A DNA stretch of 42,720 bases from a virus (IMGVR_UViG_3300024310_000015:1-42720); one strand, 5' to 3'; positions 9,322-18,792 are shown, counted from the stretch's first letter. Numbers and translations: made by a program. Notes: generated from the letters alone by a model not told the origin.

Positions 9322-9810
9322 CTAAGCAAACCACTTGAATTCGATGGTTGGCGTGAACCCGTCCAGACTGTCGAAGAGGTTGAGGGCGCCGCCAGTGTCC
9401 TGAAACACCTCAACCTTCAGAGTGTCGCCTGGCGCGACCGTGTGTCGCCGCGTCGTGAAGACTGTTGCAGAGCGGTCCAGCGCCTTCGCGTAGTTGGCAT
9501 CAACGACCGTGGAGTTGATGTAGAGGCGCGTGGCGCGGCTGTTGGTGCTGTTGTCCGCCCAGCCGGTGTGAAAGGTGACCTCGACGCCGGTCTTCCCGCT
9601 GGGAACGGTGACAATCGTCGGAGAGCCCCCGGAAAACGCCCCGAGGCTGTCCACGATAGCCGAACTCCACGGGACCACGGTGAATGTCCCGGTGTTGATG
9701 CTCTGGGTCGTGGTCCGCTGGAGTTGGGTGACAACGCCGTCCGCCTCGTCAACGACCGCCGCCCCGCCAGAGCCGGAGCCGAACCGCCCCGACTGAATAA
9801 ACCCGCTCAA
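9322..9810 (-). CDS. gC1q/TNF-like jelly-roll protein, paralog A, with N-terminal extension
   Basis: Same domain preceded by MSGFIQSGRFGSGSGG. Confidence 0.75.
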   Translation of the reverse strand: MSGFIQSGRFGSGSGGAAVVDEADGVVTQLQRTTTQSINTGTFTVVPWSSAIVDSLGAFSGGSPTIVTVPSGKTGVEVTFHTGWADNSTNSRATRLYINSTVVDANYAKALDRSATVFTTRRHTVAPGDTLKVEVFQDTGGALNLFDSLDGFTPTIEFKWFA

Positions 9811-10604
9811 GTGCGGTGCCCGATCAGGTAGACCTTGAGCCCCTTCGCTCCGGTCCCGGCTGTGTCGATGTCGATGGTCATTTCGGCGTCATCGGCCAGC
9901 GAGCTATCGGAGATCACCGCCGCCGTGGCCGCCGTGGTTGACGTGAACTCCGAGGCGTCAATCGTCAGCTTGGTGGAGAGGATCGTGGTTCCGCTCTCAT
10001 TGATGTCCACCGTGGGCAGGCCAGAGCTTGAAACTGTCGTCAGGCTGGAGCGAACCGCCGTCACCGTGAAGGCGTAGGGCATCCGCCAGGTGACCTTGGC
10101 CGTTCCGGTCGTAATGGCCGTCGTCTCATCGCCAACCGCGATGATGATGCACTCGGTCGGCTTGAGTGCAGTCTGGATAACGTCCAGCGTCTCGGCGTTG
10201 CCCGCGTCGTTGTAGGTCACGTCGATGGTGGTGGAATCCGTGAGCATGGCGCCCACGGCGTCTTGCGCCTTTTCGTCGGTGTATGTGCCGGTCGCGGCGG
10301 CGACAGCGGCGTCAACGTAGGTCTTGACCGCCTTCTGAGTGGCTAGGGAGGTGTCGCTGTTGGCGGCGAGCGTTCCGTCTGTGTCGCGGGTCAATAGCGC
10401 CGCCGCTGCCGAGCCGGTGAAGTATGGGATTTTGTTCGCAGCCGAGGTGAGGCCGGCAATGGCCGAAAGTTCTGCGTCTGACGCAATCACATGCGCCGCC
10501 GTTTGCGCCGCCGTCGTCTTCTCAGGCGATCCGCCGTTCTCCGTATAAAACAGGGTGGCGTCGGTGACGCTGCCCGCTGCGGAGAGGTCTGCAAGTTTAG
10601 GCAT
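9807..10604 (-). CDS. Tail fibre shaft/adaptor protein
   Basis: LSAIAGLTSAANKIPYFTG and ATQKAVKTYVD fibre motifs; beta-rich C-terminal domain. Confidence 0.8.
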   Translation of the reverse strand: MPKLADLSAAGSVTDATLFYTENGGSPEKTTAAQTAAHVIASDAELSAIAGLTSAANKIPYFTGSAAAALLTRDTDGTLAANSDTSLATQKAVKTYVDAAVAAATGTYTDEKAQDAVGAMLTDSTTIDVTYNDAGNAETLDVIQTALKPTECIIIAVGDETTAITTGTAKVTWRMPYAFTVTAVRSSLTTVSSSGLPTVDINESGTTILSTKLTIDASEFTSTTAATAAVISDSSLADDAEMTIDIDTAGTGAKGLKVYLIGHRT

Positions 10605-10611
10605 CAGGCCC

Positions 10612-10959
10612 TCATGGCATCAACAGGCGGTCGCCGGACGGGAGGAAGAACCAATCCCCGCTAGGAACCTTCAGCGCGTCGTCGGTGATCGCGAGGACTT
10701 CGGCGGGGTTGAGGTTGTAGGTGGGGACCAGAAGCGGGGCGTCGTCGGCCGCGACCTGGGCCGCAGCAGCAGCGACAGCGGCGGCGGTCGCGTCGGCCTG
10801 CGCCGCAGCAATCGCAGCCTCCAGCGCCGTCAGGTCCGTGGCGTCAACCGGCGTGGCCCCAGCCGACAGCAGGCCGTCCAGGCTAGCCAGCCAGTTGAGC
10901 GCGACCTGATTGCCGCCGAGGATCGCCGCGAAGGCTTCGCGCGGGAACTTGACGGCCAC
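10612..10959 (-). CDS. Small coiled-coil tail protein (needle position)
   Basis: Ala-rich heptads; follows the gp10-like gene. Confidence 0.6.
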   Translation of the reverse strand: MAVKFPREAFAAILGGNQVALNWLASLDGLLSAGATPVDATDLTALEAAIAAAQADATAAAVAAAAAQVAADDAPLLVPTYNLNPAEVLAITDDALKVPSGDWFFLPSGDRLLMP

Positions 10960-10960
10960 G

Positions 10961-12508
10961 CTAGCGGCCCACCGTCACGTCGGCCCATGCGTTGGTGATC
11001 GTGAACGCGATGGGCTCGGAGCAGATAACCCGGATGATCAGGTCATGACCCCAGCCGCAGCGGTCCCACACCGCCTTGGCGTTGCGCTCCCCGATCTTGC
11101 CCCACGGGCGCGGAACCGGATCGCTCCACACGCCGTCCCAGCAGAATTGCACCATGACCTGAGGATCTGAGCCCGGCCCACCGCCATCACGGCCCGCGCC
11201 GTGGTTGCCCATGATCTCCAGCCGGTTGAGGGCGAACCCGCGACCCTCGAACGACATGGGGCCACCCGTCTCGCGCCACTTGACCAGCGGGACCGTGTTC
11301 TCGCGGTAGTAGTGGTCCGAGAGTTCGTAAATGTGCGCGTGGTCGTAGGCGCCGGTGTAGTCTCGGCCCCTGTAGACGACGTGATGGTCCGCAAGCGCCC
11401 GCTCGTGCAGGCCGGTCGCGGGGTTCATGAAGCCCGCCTCGGTCCACGCCAGAGCGGGAGGAACAGCAGCGTTATAGACCCACGTCATGGACGGCTGGGC
11501 GGGGCTGTTGTTGGTCGCCGGGACCGCTGGGAGGTTCAGGTGGTAGAAGTAGCCGTCCGCGTTCTGGTAGCTGAGCGACGTGATTTGCTCGGTCAGGTCG
11601 CGCCGCTCAATCGCCGCGAACAGCACCTTCTGGATGTGCCGCTCGACGTGGGCGTTGGAGATGCGCGTGGGCGCAGCACCCGCAGCACCAAGCCGCCAGA
11701 CAACCCCTTGGCCGTCCTCATTCCGCCCCAGGAACACGGCGCTGTTGTCGAACTTGCGGACGCTCCAGCGGGCGGCGCAGCCGTGCGAGATGTAGCCGCC
11801 CGAGATGCGCTCGAACGCGTTGTCCGCGCCGCCCGAGTTGAAGTGAAACTCGATGCTGTCGGTGCCGAAGATGATCACTTCACGGTTGACGACCAGCGCC
11901 GCCACCGTGTTGTCCGGCGAGCCCTCGGCGGTCATGTAGTTGAGGCCGCGAACCGTCGTCGGGTCGTTCAGTTCGGAATAGTAGTAGCGCCCGCTATCCC
12001 TTTGGAAGTATAGTGTATATCCGTCTATGTACTCGGAGAACGTTCCCCGGATAATGTCGGTGTCTTCGTTCAGGACCTGGGTCAGGGCGCGCGTATCGAG
12101 GTCCAGGACGTAGAACCCGGTCCCGTCTCCGATCACCAGCTTGTTGCTGTTGTCGCTGATGCAGACCCGGCCGGAAAAGGTCGAGAGCGTGGCGTACTCG
12201 GTAAGCGTACTGAAGGCGTTCAGGGTCGCGTCGTAGACGACTTCGGCGATCTTCTCCGCGACGACCGCGAACAGCCGCCCGGCCATCATGTGCATCCCCC
12301 GGATTTGGGGATTGCCGGTGATGATCAGGGTCAGGTCCGCCCAGCGGAACGAGCCGGGGAGCGCCTTCAGGGCATAGGTGGATTTCGCCGCCCCATCGCT
12401 GGTGACCACCACCATGTTGACGGTGCGCTCGGACTGTTGCGCGTCGTGCTGGATGCCCGCCGAGCCGCCGACAATCGGAACGGGTACGCGCTGCGGAACG
12501 CCCATCAC
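10961..12508 (-). CDS. Tail hub / packaged-DNA stabilisation protein (P22 gp10-like)
   Basis: 515 aa; IDGY..F, TAEGSPD, FGTDSIE motifs; position. Confidence 0.85.
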   Translation of the reverse strand: MMGVPQRVPVPIVGGSAGIQHDAQQSERTVNMVVVTSDGAAKSTYALKALPGSFRWADLTLIITGNPQIRGMHMMAGRLFAVVAEKIAEVVYDATLNAFSTLTEYATLSTFSGRVCISDNSNKLVIGDGTGFYVLDLDTRALTQVLNEDTDIIRGTFSEYIDGYTLYFQRDSGRYYYSELNDPTTVRGLNYMTAEGSPDNTVAALVVNREVIIFGTDSIEFHFNSGGADNAFERISGGYISHGCAARWSVRKFDNSAVFLGRNEDGQGVVWRLGAAGAAPTRISNAHVERHIQKVLFAAIERRDLTEQITSLSYQNADGYFYHLNLPAVPATNNSPAQPSMTWVYNAAVPPALAWTEAGFMNPATGLHERALADHHVVYRGRDYTGAYDHAHIYELSDHYYRENTVPLVKWRETGGPMSFEGRGFALNRLEIMGNHGAGRDGGGPGSDPQVMVQFCWDGVWSDPVPRPWGKIGERNAKAVWDRCGWGHDLIIRVICSEPIAFTITNAWADVTVGR

Positions 12509-14079
12509 CCGAAGTCCGCAGCGGTAAGGGCGACGTTCGCGAACGAGCGGTTGCCGCCGCCGTCAATCGGGCGGTTGGCCGTGCCGCTTCCGTTGTGCGT
12601 GTAGCCGAAGAAGCCCGGCTCCATCACGCAGTTGGTGATGGTGACGTTGGCCCCCGTGCCGTAGGAGATGAGCGCCCCGATGACATTGGGATTGGCCGGG
12701 TTGGCGTTGACCGCCGGGGCTCCGATCATGATGCAGTCAATGAACTCGACCGGAAGGTTGCCGACGTTGAAGAAGGCCGTCCACCCGGAGCCCCAAGCGG
12801 GCGTGAGGGTCTGTCCATCCACGCTGACGTTGATCAAGCACCGACGCACGGTGAAGAAGCCGTTGGGCCGCTGCATCAAGGTGAGTTCGACGTGGGAGAG
12901 GTGCGGCGGATTACAGCCGCCCCCCGTGATGTAGCAGTCCTCGTAGAGGAGATTGGCCACGCCCGTTGTCGACGGGAGCCCGCTGTCGCCCAAGCCCTGG
13001 ACTTGGTTGCGGAACCGGCAATGCTTCCACGAAAGGTCGCCGGTTCCTTGGTAGAACGTCGAGAGGTTCAGGTCGCAATAGGAGAAGGTGGACGCGAGGA
13101 TGCCCGTCGTGAGGTTGATGCCGCCGTTGATGTCGGTGGGCAGCGTCACCCCATCGGCAGGCACGATGCAGTCGGTGAAGTTCACGGCGCACGGGGAGGA
13201 CGTGGAGCCGTAGAGGTGGAGCTGCGGCGCGGCGGTGAAGGCGTAGTTGGCGATGTTGATGGTGGTGGTGCCGGCGTCGATGAAAAGCGCGCCGTCGTTG
13301 CCCGGCGCAACGCTCTTGCCGGTCAGATAGGCGTCGATGTGGCCTGGCCAGGTTCCGTTGGAGGCTGCGGTGCGCGGTCCCGTGCCGCTGAATTGCAGGT
13401 TCCAAACCGCCGTCAGGTCGGTCCCGACGACCGGGCTTGAGACAGATGCCGGAACCGGATCGGACGCACCGCCCGAAGCCGTGCCCGAGGCCGCGGCGGT
13501 GAGCGCGAAGAGGCCCGTGGCGGCTCCCGCTACCAGTTGATCCGCCCGCCCCGCGCCCACGCCGGTAATGGCCAGCGTCGAGGCTCCCGCGCCCACGATA
13601 GGTGCGATGTGCTGGCCCACGCCCGCTGCATCAAGCACCAGGGTCGCGTCAGCCGTGCCGGTCGGGTAGTTTCCAGATCCGATGCCGGTGTTGGAGAAGA
13701 TGCCGAGCGTTCCCGCACCCGTTCCGGTCACAGGCGCAAGCACATCGCCCGCAGCGGTTCCGGCCAGCGCGTCGATGGTTCCCGCAGCGGTTCCGGTGAC
13801 GGCCTGGACAAAGGCCCCCTGCCCCGCCCCAGACATCGACAGCGTAGCCGCGCCCGCGCCCGACACCGGATCGACAACCGGCGGGCTGGACGACGCATGA
13901 GAGCCGGACGCCAGGATCAGGATCGAGGCGCCGATGCCGGCGATGCTGATGCGTCGAGGGCGTCCGTGCACGGTCTTTCCCGAGCCTCCGCCGCTTACCG
14001 AAACCGTCGTTGCGGTGCGCGAGGCGCTGGCGGTGACAGTTCGCCCAGACCGGCCATGCGCGGTGACGCTGCGCGTCAT
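12505..14079 (-). CDS. Fibre protein: Gly/Ala/Thr repeats plus C-terminal beta-helix-like domain
   Basis: Start reassigned to ATG 14079 (TAATG overlap); repeats VTGTAAGTI/VTGTGAGTL/IVGAGASTL; C-terminal Cys/Asn pattern (FTDC, FSYC, YEDC, FIDC, ITNC). Confidence 0.65.
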   Translation of the reverse strand: MTRSVTAHGRSGRTVTASASRTATTVSVSGGGSGKTVHGRPRRISIAGIGASILILASGSHASSSPPVVDPVSGAGAATLSMSGAGQGAFVQAVTGTAAGTIDALAGTAAGDVLAPVTGTGAGTLGIFSNTGIGSGNYPTGTADATLVLDAAGVGQHIAPIVGAGASTLAITGVGAGRADQLVAGAATGLFALTAAASGTASGGASDPVPASVSSPVVGTDLTAVWNLQFSGTGPRTAASNGTWPGHIDAYLTGKSVAPGNDGALFIDAGTTTINIANYAFTAAPQLHLYGSTSSPCAVNFTDCIVPADGVTLPTDINGGINLTTGILASTFSYCDLNLSTFYQGTGDLSWKHCRFRNQVQGLGDSGLPSTTGVANLLYEDCYITGGGCNPPHLSHVELTLMQRPNGFFTVRRCLINVSVDGQTLTPAWGSGWTAFFNVGNLPVEFIDCIMIGAPAVNANPANPNVIGALISYGTGANVTITNCVMEPGFFGYTHNGSGTANRPIDGGGNRSFANVALTAADFG

Positions 14080-14486
14080 TAGCCGCCGGGCGCGGTGTAG
14101 GTGAAGGAGGTCACAGCCACGGGGCCGCCCGAGACGATGGAGGCGGTGTTGAGGACCAGATCCGAGGACGTGGTTCCAACCGTGCCATCCACGACCCCGG
14201 TTCCGCCCGAGGTGCAGAGCCGATACCATGTGGCCGTGCCCGAGGCGTTGGCCGAGGAGTCCGAAGAGATGGCGCTGGCCGTCAGGACACCCGCAGATGC
14301 AGCCGCCGCGAAGGTGGCGCTACAGGCAAGCTCAGCCAGCAGGGTTTGCGTGGTGATCGCGGTTCCGGGACCGGCAGGCTGGGTGCCCGAGTAGATCCGC
14401 AGCAGGCCGTTGGAGCCGACAGCCGAGGTTATGGCGTCGAGCATGGCGTTGCGCGTCGCCGTGGCGAGTTTGAGGTTGGAGGCCAT
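14079..14486 (-). CDS. Conserved small virion structural protein
   Basis: RNAMLDA..LRIYSGTQP..GTATWYR motif common in phage structural modules; good SD. Confidence 0.8.
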   Translation of the reverse strand: MASNLKLATATRNAMLDAITSAVGSNGLLRIYSGTQPAGPGTAITTQTLLAELACSATFAAAASAGVLTASAISSDSSANASGTATWYRLCTSGGTGVVDGTVGTTSSDLVLNTASIVSGGPVAVTSFTYTAPGG

Positions 14487-14510
14487 TGGAGGGGTCCTTC
14501 AGGACGTGAT

Positions 14511-15107
14511 TTAGAGGGTGCCGAAGCGGCCAACGCCGCGCAGGAGGGCGGTCGGAGCGGTGACCAGCCGGGGCTTCTTCAGCCGCATGACGCCATGAGC
14601 CGTGCGCGCCATGTCGGCCAGGATCGCGGAGGGCTCGAACCCGTACTCACTGAGGATGTGGACCGCCAAGAGCGCGGCCAGGCCCGTCTCAAACCGGCCC
14701 GAGAGCGGCGCGAGGCTGTCCAGCGTCAGGTCGCCAATTGCGATCCAATCGGCCTGATCGGCGTCGTAGATGTAGAAGGCCGGATCAGTCCCGGCGATGA
14801 TGACGAAGGCGCGGTCTTCGGGGGTTCGATCCACGCCGCATTCGGTGATCGTCAGCGGAAGGGTGATCTCAATGTCACCGTCCGTGCCGTTGATGACGCG
14901 CTCGTTCTCGCCGGCTTCGTAGTCGTCATCCGCCAGAACGTCGGTGATCGGCCCGAACATGCCGTTGCCGATAAAGCCGCTGTACATGGCCTTGTGGGCT
15001 TCCAGCAGATCGGCCGACATCTCCGCCGGAAGCGTCCGCATCCCTGCCCCGCCGTGGATCGTGGCGAGGCGCGCGGCCCGCGTTTCCATCTGGCGCATCG
15101 TCTTCAT
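14511..15107 (-). CDS. Head-tail adaptor (P22 gp4 position)
   Basis: 198 aa, helical ends; position between coat and tail hub. Confidence 0.6.
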   Translation of the reverse strand: MKTMRQMETRAARLATIHGGAGMRTLPAEMSADLLEAHKAMYSGFIGNGMFGPITDVLADDDYEAGENERVINGTDGDIEITLPLTITECGVDRTPEDRAFVIIAGTDPAFYIYDADQADWIAIGDLTLDSLAPLSGRFETGLAALLAVHILSEYGFEPSAILADMARTAHGVMRLKKPRLVTAPTALLRGVGRFGTL

Positions 15108-15805
15108 GGCGCCCTCGCTGGGTCATTCACGCCGCCGGGCTGGCGCATGAGGAATTGGTGATAGTTTCCGGGGTAGGCTTGCTCAGCCGAGTGGTGCGTC
15201 AGGTTCAGATCCGGGATCACCCAGATGTCCCCGCCAAGCGCGAGCCAGTTGCGGCTGAAGGCGTAGTCCTCGCCGTACCAGGCGCCCTCGAACGCGCCGT
15301 GGTTGAAGAGGTCCACCGAGGGGCTATAGGCCGGGCCGAACGTCAGGTGCGGATAGGCTTTGATGAAGCGGTCAACCGCCGCCGAGGTGACCTTCAGGAA
15401 GCCCGCAGGAACCCGGATCGCCTTGATGCACCCATCATCCCGCCCGATGGGCCGTCCATCAGGCAGGGTTTCGAGCCCGCCCATGTACTCCTCCGCCTCG
15501 GTCTTGAAGCGGTAGAACCCGGCGACAACATCGCCCTCGGTCTGGATCAGCTTGAGGAGGTCTTGGGGGTCAAAGGAGATGTCGTGATCGAGGAACACGA
15601 CCACATCGGCCTTGGCGTCAAGCGCCTTGCGGAGCATCGTGGCGCGGGCCGAGCTGATGTACGGACAGCCGACCTCAAAGACGATCTGATGGTGATATCC
15701 GGCCGCGTCCAGCAGCGGAACGGCGGCTTCCATCGCGTCGAGGAAGGGTTGCAGGGGCCGGGTGATTGTCGGGGTGCAGAAGACGACGCGGAGCGGCTCC
15801 GTCAT
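15104..15805 (-). CDS. GT-A fold glycosyltransferase (GT2-like)
   Basis: VVVFLDHD (DxD), PAGFL, GEDYAF, terminal LTH motifs. Confidence 0.85.
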   Translation of the reverse strand: MTEPLRVVFCTPTITRPLQPFLDAMEAAVPLLDAAGYHHQIVFEVGCPYISSARATMLRKALDAKADVVVFLDHDISFDPQDLLKLIQTEGDVVAGFYRFKTEAEEYMGGLETLPDGRPIGRDDGCIKAIRVPAGFLKVTSAAVDRFIKAYPHLTFGPAYSPSVDLFNHGAFEGAWYGEDYAFSRNWLALGGDIWVIPDLNLTHHSAEQAYPGNYHQFLMRQPGGVNDPARAP

Positions 15806-16302
15806 TTGCGAGCCGCGCCCATCAGGTTGAAGCAGTCAATCCGTCTGACCGAGGTTTCCGCAAAGCCCGCGGCATCCATCGCGGCCTGAAGGGTCTCGCG
15901 GACAAAGCCGGTCTTGTGGGCCATGTACGGGCGCTCCAAGAGCGCGCTGCGCAGGCCGTAGTACATATCAAGGCCGGTGATTGGCCCGCAGGGCGCGGTG
16001 TAAACCACGTCCTCGGTTGGCTTCACGTCCTCAAGGTCGGGGACGAAGACCACAACGCCGCCGCCCGCCTTCAACACCCGGCGGAACTCGCTGAGCGCCA
16101 CGCCCACGTCATGCGGGGCGAGGTGTTCAAGGCAGTGGCTGGAGAACACGAGATCGAACGGGCCAATCTCGCCCAGGTCGGTGATGCTGGCGACGATATC
16201 GGGGTTGCAGGCGGGCTCAATGTCCAGCCGAACCTCTGTGTAGTCGGCCAGCCACGCCGGAAGCGGCTCTTCACCGCAACCGACGTGGAGGACGGACGGC
16301 AC
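15802..16302 (-). CDS. Class I SAM-dependent methyltransferase
   Basis: VLHVGCG, FDLVFSSHCLEHL, RRVLKAGG motifs; ATGA-coupled to the GT. Confidence 0.9.
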   Translation of the reverse strand: MPSVLHVGCGEEPLPAWLADYTEVRLDIEPACNPDIVASITDLGEIGPFDLVFSSHCLEHLAPHDVGVALSEFRRVLKAGGGVVVFVPDLEDVKPTEDVVYTAPCGPITGLDMYYGLRSALLERPYMAHKTGFVRETLQAAMDAAGFAETSVRRIDCFNLMGAARK

Positions 16303-16305
16303 GGG

Positions 16306-16545
16306 TTAGGCCGCGCCCTTCCAGATGCCCAGACCGTTCAGGGTCAGGGTGATTTCGTGCAGGAGCGCGGCGACGTTCGACGCGATGCTCATGTACGAGG
16401 AGGCCGAGGTCAGCGAACTGGCCTGGATGGCCGAGGCGCGCTGAGCCACGGGAGTGGCCCCGTAGAGGCTGACAAGGCTGGTCGCGGCTTGACCGATCGA
16501 GATGCCGCCGTTGATCGGGTTGTCCCCGATGTATTGGACTGCCAT
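16306..16545 (-). CDS. Small capsid accessory/decoration protein
   Basis: 79 aa directly after coat; SLYGATPVAQ motif. Confidence 0.65.
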   Translation of the reverse strand: MAVQYIGDNPINGGISIGQAATSLVSLYGATPVAQRASAIQASSLTSASSYMSIASNVAALLHEITLTLNGLGIWKGAA

Positions 16546-16561
16546 GGGATTTAACCTTCGG

Positions 16562-16595
16562 AAAAGAGGTGGCCGAGCCCGTTAGAGCCCGGCCA
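16562..16595 (-). terminator. Hairpin/terminator after coat gene
   Basis: TGGCCGGGCT..GGCTCGGCCA stem followed by CCTCTTTT on minus strand. Confidence 0.65.
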
Positions 16596-16609
16596 GTTTT
16601 GGGGGAGGG

Positions 16610-17860
16610 TTAGGCGCCGAACAGGACGGTGCCGAGGCGGGGGTCCACGTTCTTGGTGCCGTAGTAGACATCCCAACGATGGTTATGCAGGTCGTTGGTG
16701 CCGTCCGAGTAGCGCCAGTAGCGAACGCTGATGCCGGTGGCCGGGTCGGTGGCGTAGTCGCTTTCCCCGCTGTAGGGGCGCGGCGGCGTGACGTTCACCA
16801 GCTTGATGGCCGACTTGTGGAACGCGGCGTTCAGGTTGTACGAGGTGGAGAGAGCCCCGAACCACACCACAGCGGCGCTGTCGTCCGGCGCCGTGGTCGA
16901 GGTGCCGCCGGTCAGATCCACGTTCTGGTATGCGCCCGAGGTGATGATCGGAGGCGAGATGGTCACCGACAGCGCCGTGCTGACCGCCGTAGCGTCGGCC
17001 GTCACGGTGAACTGCTTCAGGTAGCTCATCTTCGCCTTGGTGCGCGGGTTGACCGCCCACACGTTGGCGATGGTGAACTTCTCGCCGGCCTTCACGGTCT
17101 TGCCGCTGCCCGTGGTCAGGGTCAGGGTTTGGGTGCCGGTCGTGCGCGTGCTGGCGTAGGTGGAGTTCTGGTTCGCGCCGCTGATCGAGGTGCCGGAAGC
17201 CGTCACCCGCGTTCCGGTCGTGAGAGCCGGGACGGTCTGGGTGATGTAGGGCTGCGTGTTGCCCAGCATCGGGATCTTCGCCTTCTGCAGGGCAGAGACC
17301 GCCGTGTCACCCGCAAGAGCCGCAAGGCCCGTGAAGGTGCTGGCCAGCGCGTAGCCGTCGGCCGGCATCAGGATCGCGTTGCGGTCCGACATCGGCACGG
17401 CCCCTTCGTCCAGCCGCTGCGGGCCGGCGAAGAAGCCGGCGACGGTGGAGATGGTGTTGCCGTAGGTGCCGACCGCGTTGTGGAAGTACTTCACGTTGGC
17501 GATCAGATCACCGTCGATCTGCGAGGCGATTTGGGCCATGGCGCCCTTGATCACATTCGACTTCAGAAGCTGGTCAACGTTGGTCGTGGCTTCGTAGCCG
17601 GTGAACTGGACATCAACGCCCTTCTGCTTGTCGCAGGTGACGGCGACTTCGCCCTCGATCACGTCTTGCGAGGACGCAACCGCGCCGTCGCGGATCGCGA
17701 ACTCGGGGGGCTTCTTGACGTAGACGGTGACGCCGACGCCGGGGACGAATTCCTTGTTGACGGCTTCGCTGTCGCACAGCTTGGCCATGACAAGTTCGTT
17801 CTTCAGAAGGGCCAGGCCAACGTTGGCGTAGACCTTCGGAGTAGCGAAACTGTTAGACAT
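16610..17860 (-). CDS. Major capsid protein (P22 coat family)
   Basis: 416 aa; G.TV....P, AFHKSA, RWDVYYG motifs; follows portal and scaffold. Confidence 0.92.
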   Translation of the reverse strand: MSNSFATPKVYANVGLALLKNELVMAKLCDSEAVNKEFVPGVGVTVYVKKPPEFAIRDGAVASSQDVIEGEVAVTCDKQKGVDVQFTGYEATTNVDQLLKSNVIKGAMAQIASQIDGDLIANVKYFHNAVGTYGNTISTVAGFFAGPQRLDEGAVPMSDRNAILMPADGYALASTFTGLAALAGDTAVSALQKAKIPMLGNTQPYITQTVPALTTGTRVTASGTSISGANQNSTYASTRTTGTQTLTLTTGSGKTVKAGEKFTIANVWAVNPRTKAKMSYLKQFTVTADATAVSTALSVTISPPIITSGAYQNVDLTGGTSTTAPDDSAAVVWFGALSTSYNLNAAFHKSAIKLVNVTPPRPYSGESDYATDPATGISVRYWRYSDGTNDLHNHRWDVYYGTKNVDPRLGTVLFGA

Positions 17861-17889
17861 TGGAGTGAGGCTTTCTGGCCGTCAGGCCA

Positions 17890-18729
17890 CTAGCCGCCGA
17901 GCTTGTATTGCGCCTCGAACGCCGCAAAATCCTGCGTGTCGGGGGCAACCTTGAACCGGCCGCCGTTCCCTCTGAGGGTCGGGGCGGGCTCTGGAGCATC
18001 GGTGGCGGTTTTGGGGGGAATGGCGAGCGGACCCGCCAGCTTCTGTTCGAGTTTCGCGAGTTCGCGGCCTTGGAGGTGCGGCGCGAGGGCCGAGAGGCGG
18101 GCGAGATCGCGGGGATTGTCTCCGAGGTGTTCGGCCAGCTTCGGGCCGACCTCGGATGTCGTCACCAGATCCACGATGGTCTGGGGAAGCACGGGTGCGC
18201 GCCGAAGCGCGGTGATGCCGGCGGGTTCGCCGTCGGGATATTCCGCCGCAACCTTGGCGTCGAAGGCTTCGACGGCGGATTGAACCCGGCTTTGCGCCTC
18301 TCGTTGGGAGAAGCGCTTCTCAACGGCCTGTTCGGCTTTCCAGTCGGTCATGGCGTCGATGTAGGCGGGGTCGTAGGCTCCGTCCGTGAAGTCGGCGGGG
18401 TCGGGCTTGCCGTCGCCGGTCTGGGCTTGAGGAGCGGTCTGCGGAGCCTGCGTCGCCCGGGAGCGCCAGTACTCGGCTTCACGCTCGGCTTCACGCCTTG
18501 CCGCCGTCAGCTCGTCGATGCGTTCTTGCGCGGATTTCTTGACCTTCGGCGCTGGGGCCGGGGTCTCGTCCGTCGCGGCGGCTGCATCGTCGCCGGGGTC
18601 TTCGGCTGTCTCCGGGGGCTCATCGCCTGCGGGTTCACCGAGATAGGTCTTCTCGCCATTGGCCTGAGCCAGGACAGCAGCGGTGTCGTTGCCATCGGTT
18701 TCCACCGTGGCTTGGGTCTCTTCGGTCAT
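17890..18729 (-). CDS. Scaffolding protein
   Basis: Acidic, coiled-coil QERIDELT..RREAER; position. Confidence 0.85.
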   Translation of the reverse strand: MTEETQATVETDGNDTAAVLAQANGEKTYLGEPAGDEPPETAEDPGDDAAAATDETPAPAPKVKKSAQERIDELTAARREAEREAEYWRSRATQAPQTAPQAQTGDGKPDPADFTDGAYDPAYIDAMTDWKAEQAVEKRFSQREAQSRVQSAVEAFDAKVAAEYPDGEPAGITALRRAPVLPQTIVDLVTTSEVGPKLAEHLGDNPRDLARLSALAPHLQGRELAKLEQKLAGPLAIPPKTATDAPEPAPTLRGNGGRFKVAPDTQDFAAFEAQYKLGG

Positions 18730-18792
18730 GTGCGCTTTCGCGAGGCTCTAGGCGCGGTGATCAGGGGCGAGCGGAACCCCTGCGCGAATTGG

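Noticed and set aside
8486-9810. DGR template/variable repeats or a shufflon
   Set aside because: No reverse transcriptase or invertase seen; paralogs are diverged throughout, not only at adenines, and no crossover sites are visible
13890-13970. Tat/Sec signal peptide in the 524-aa fibre (RRISIAGIGASILILASGSHA)
   Set aside because: It lies ~40 residues inside the coupled start and the gene sits in the virion operon
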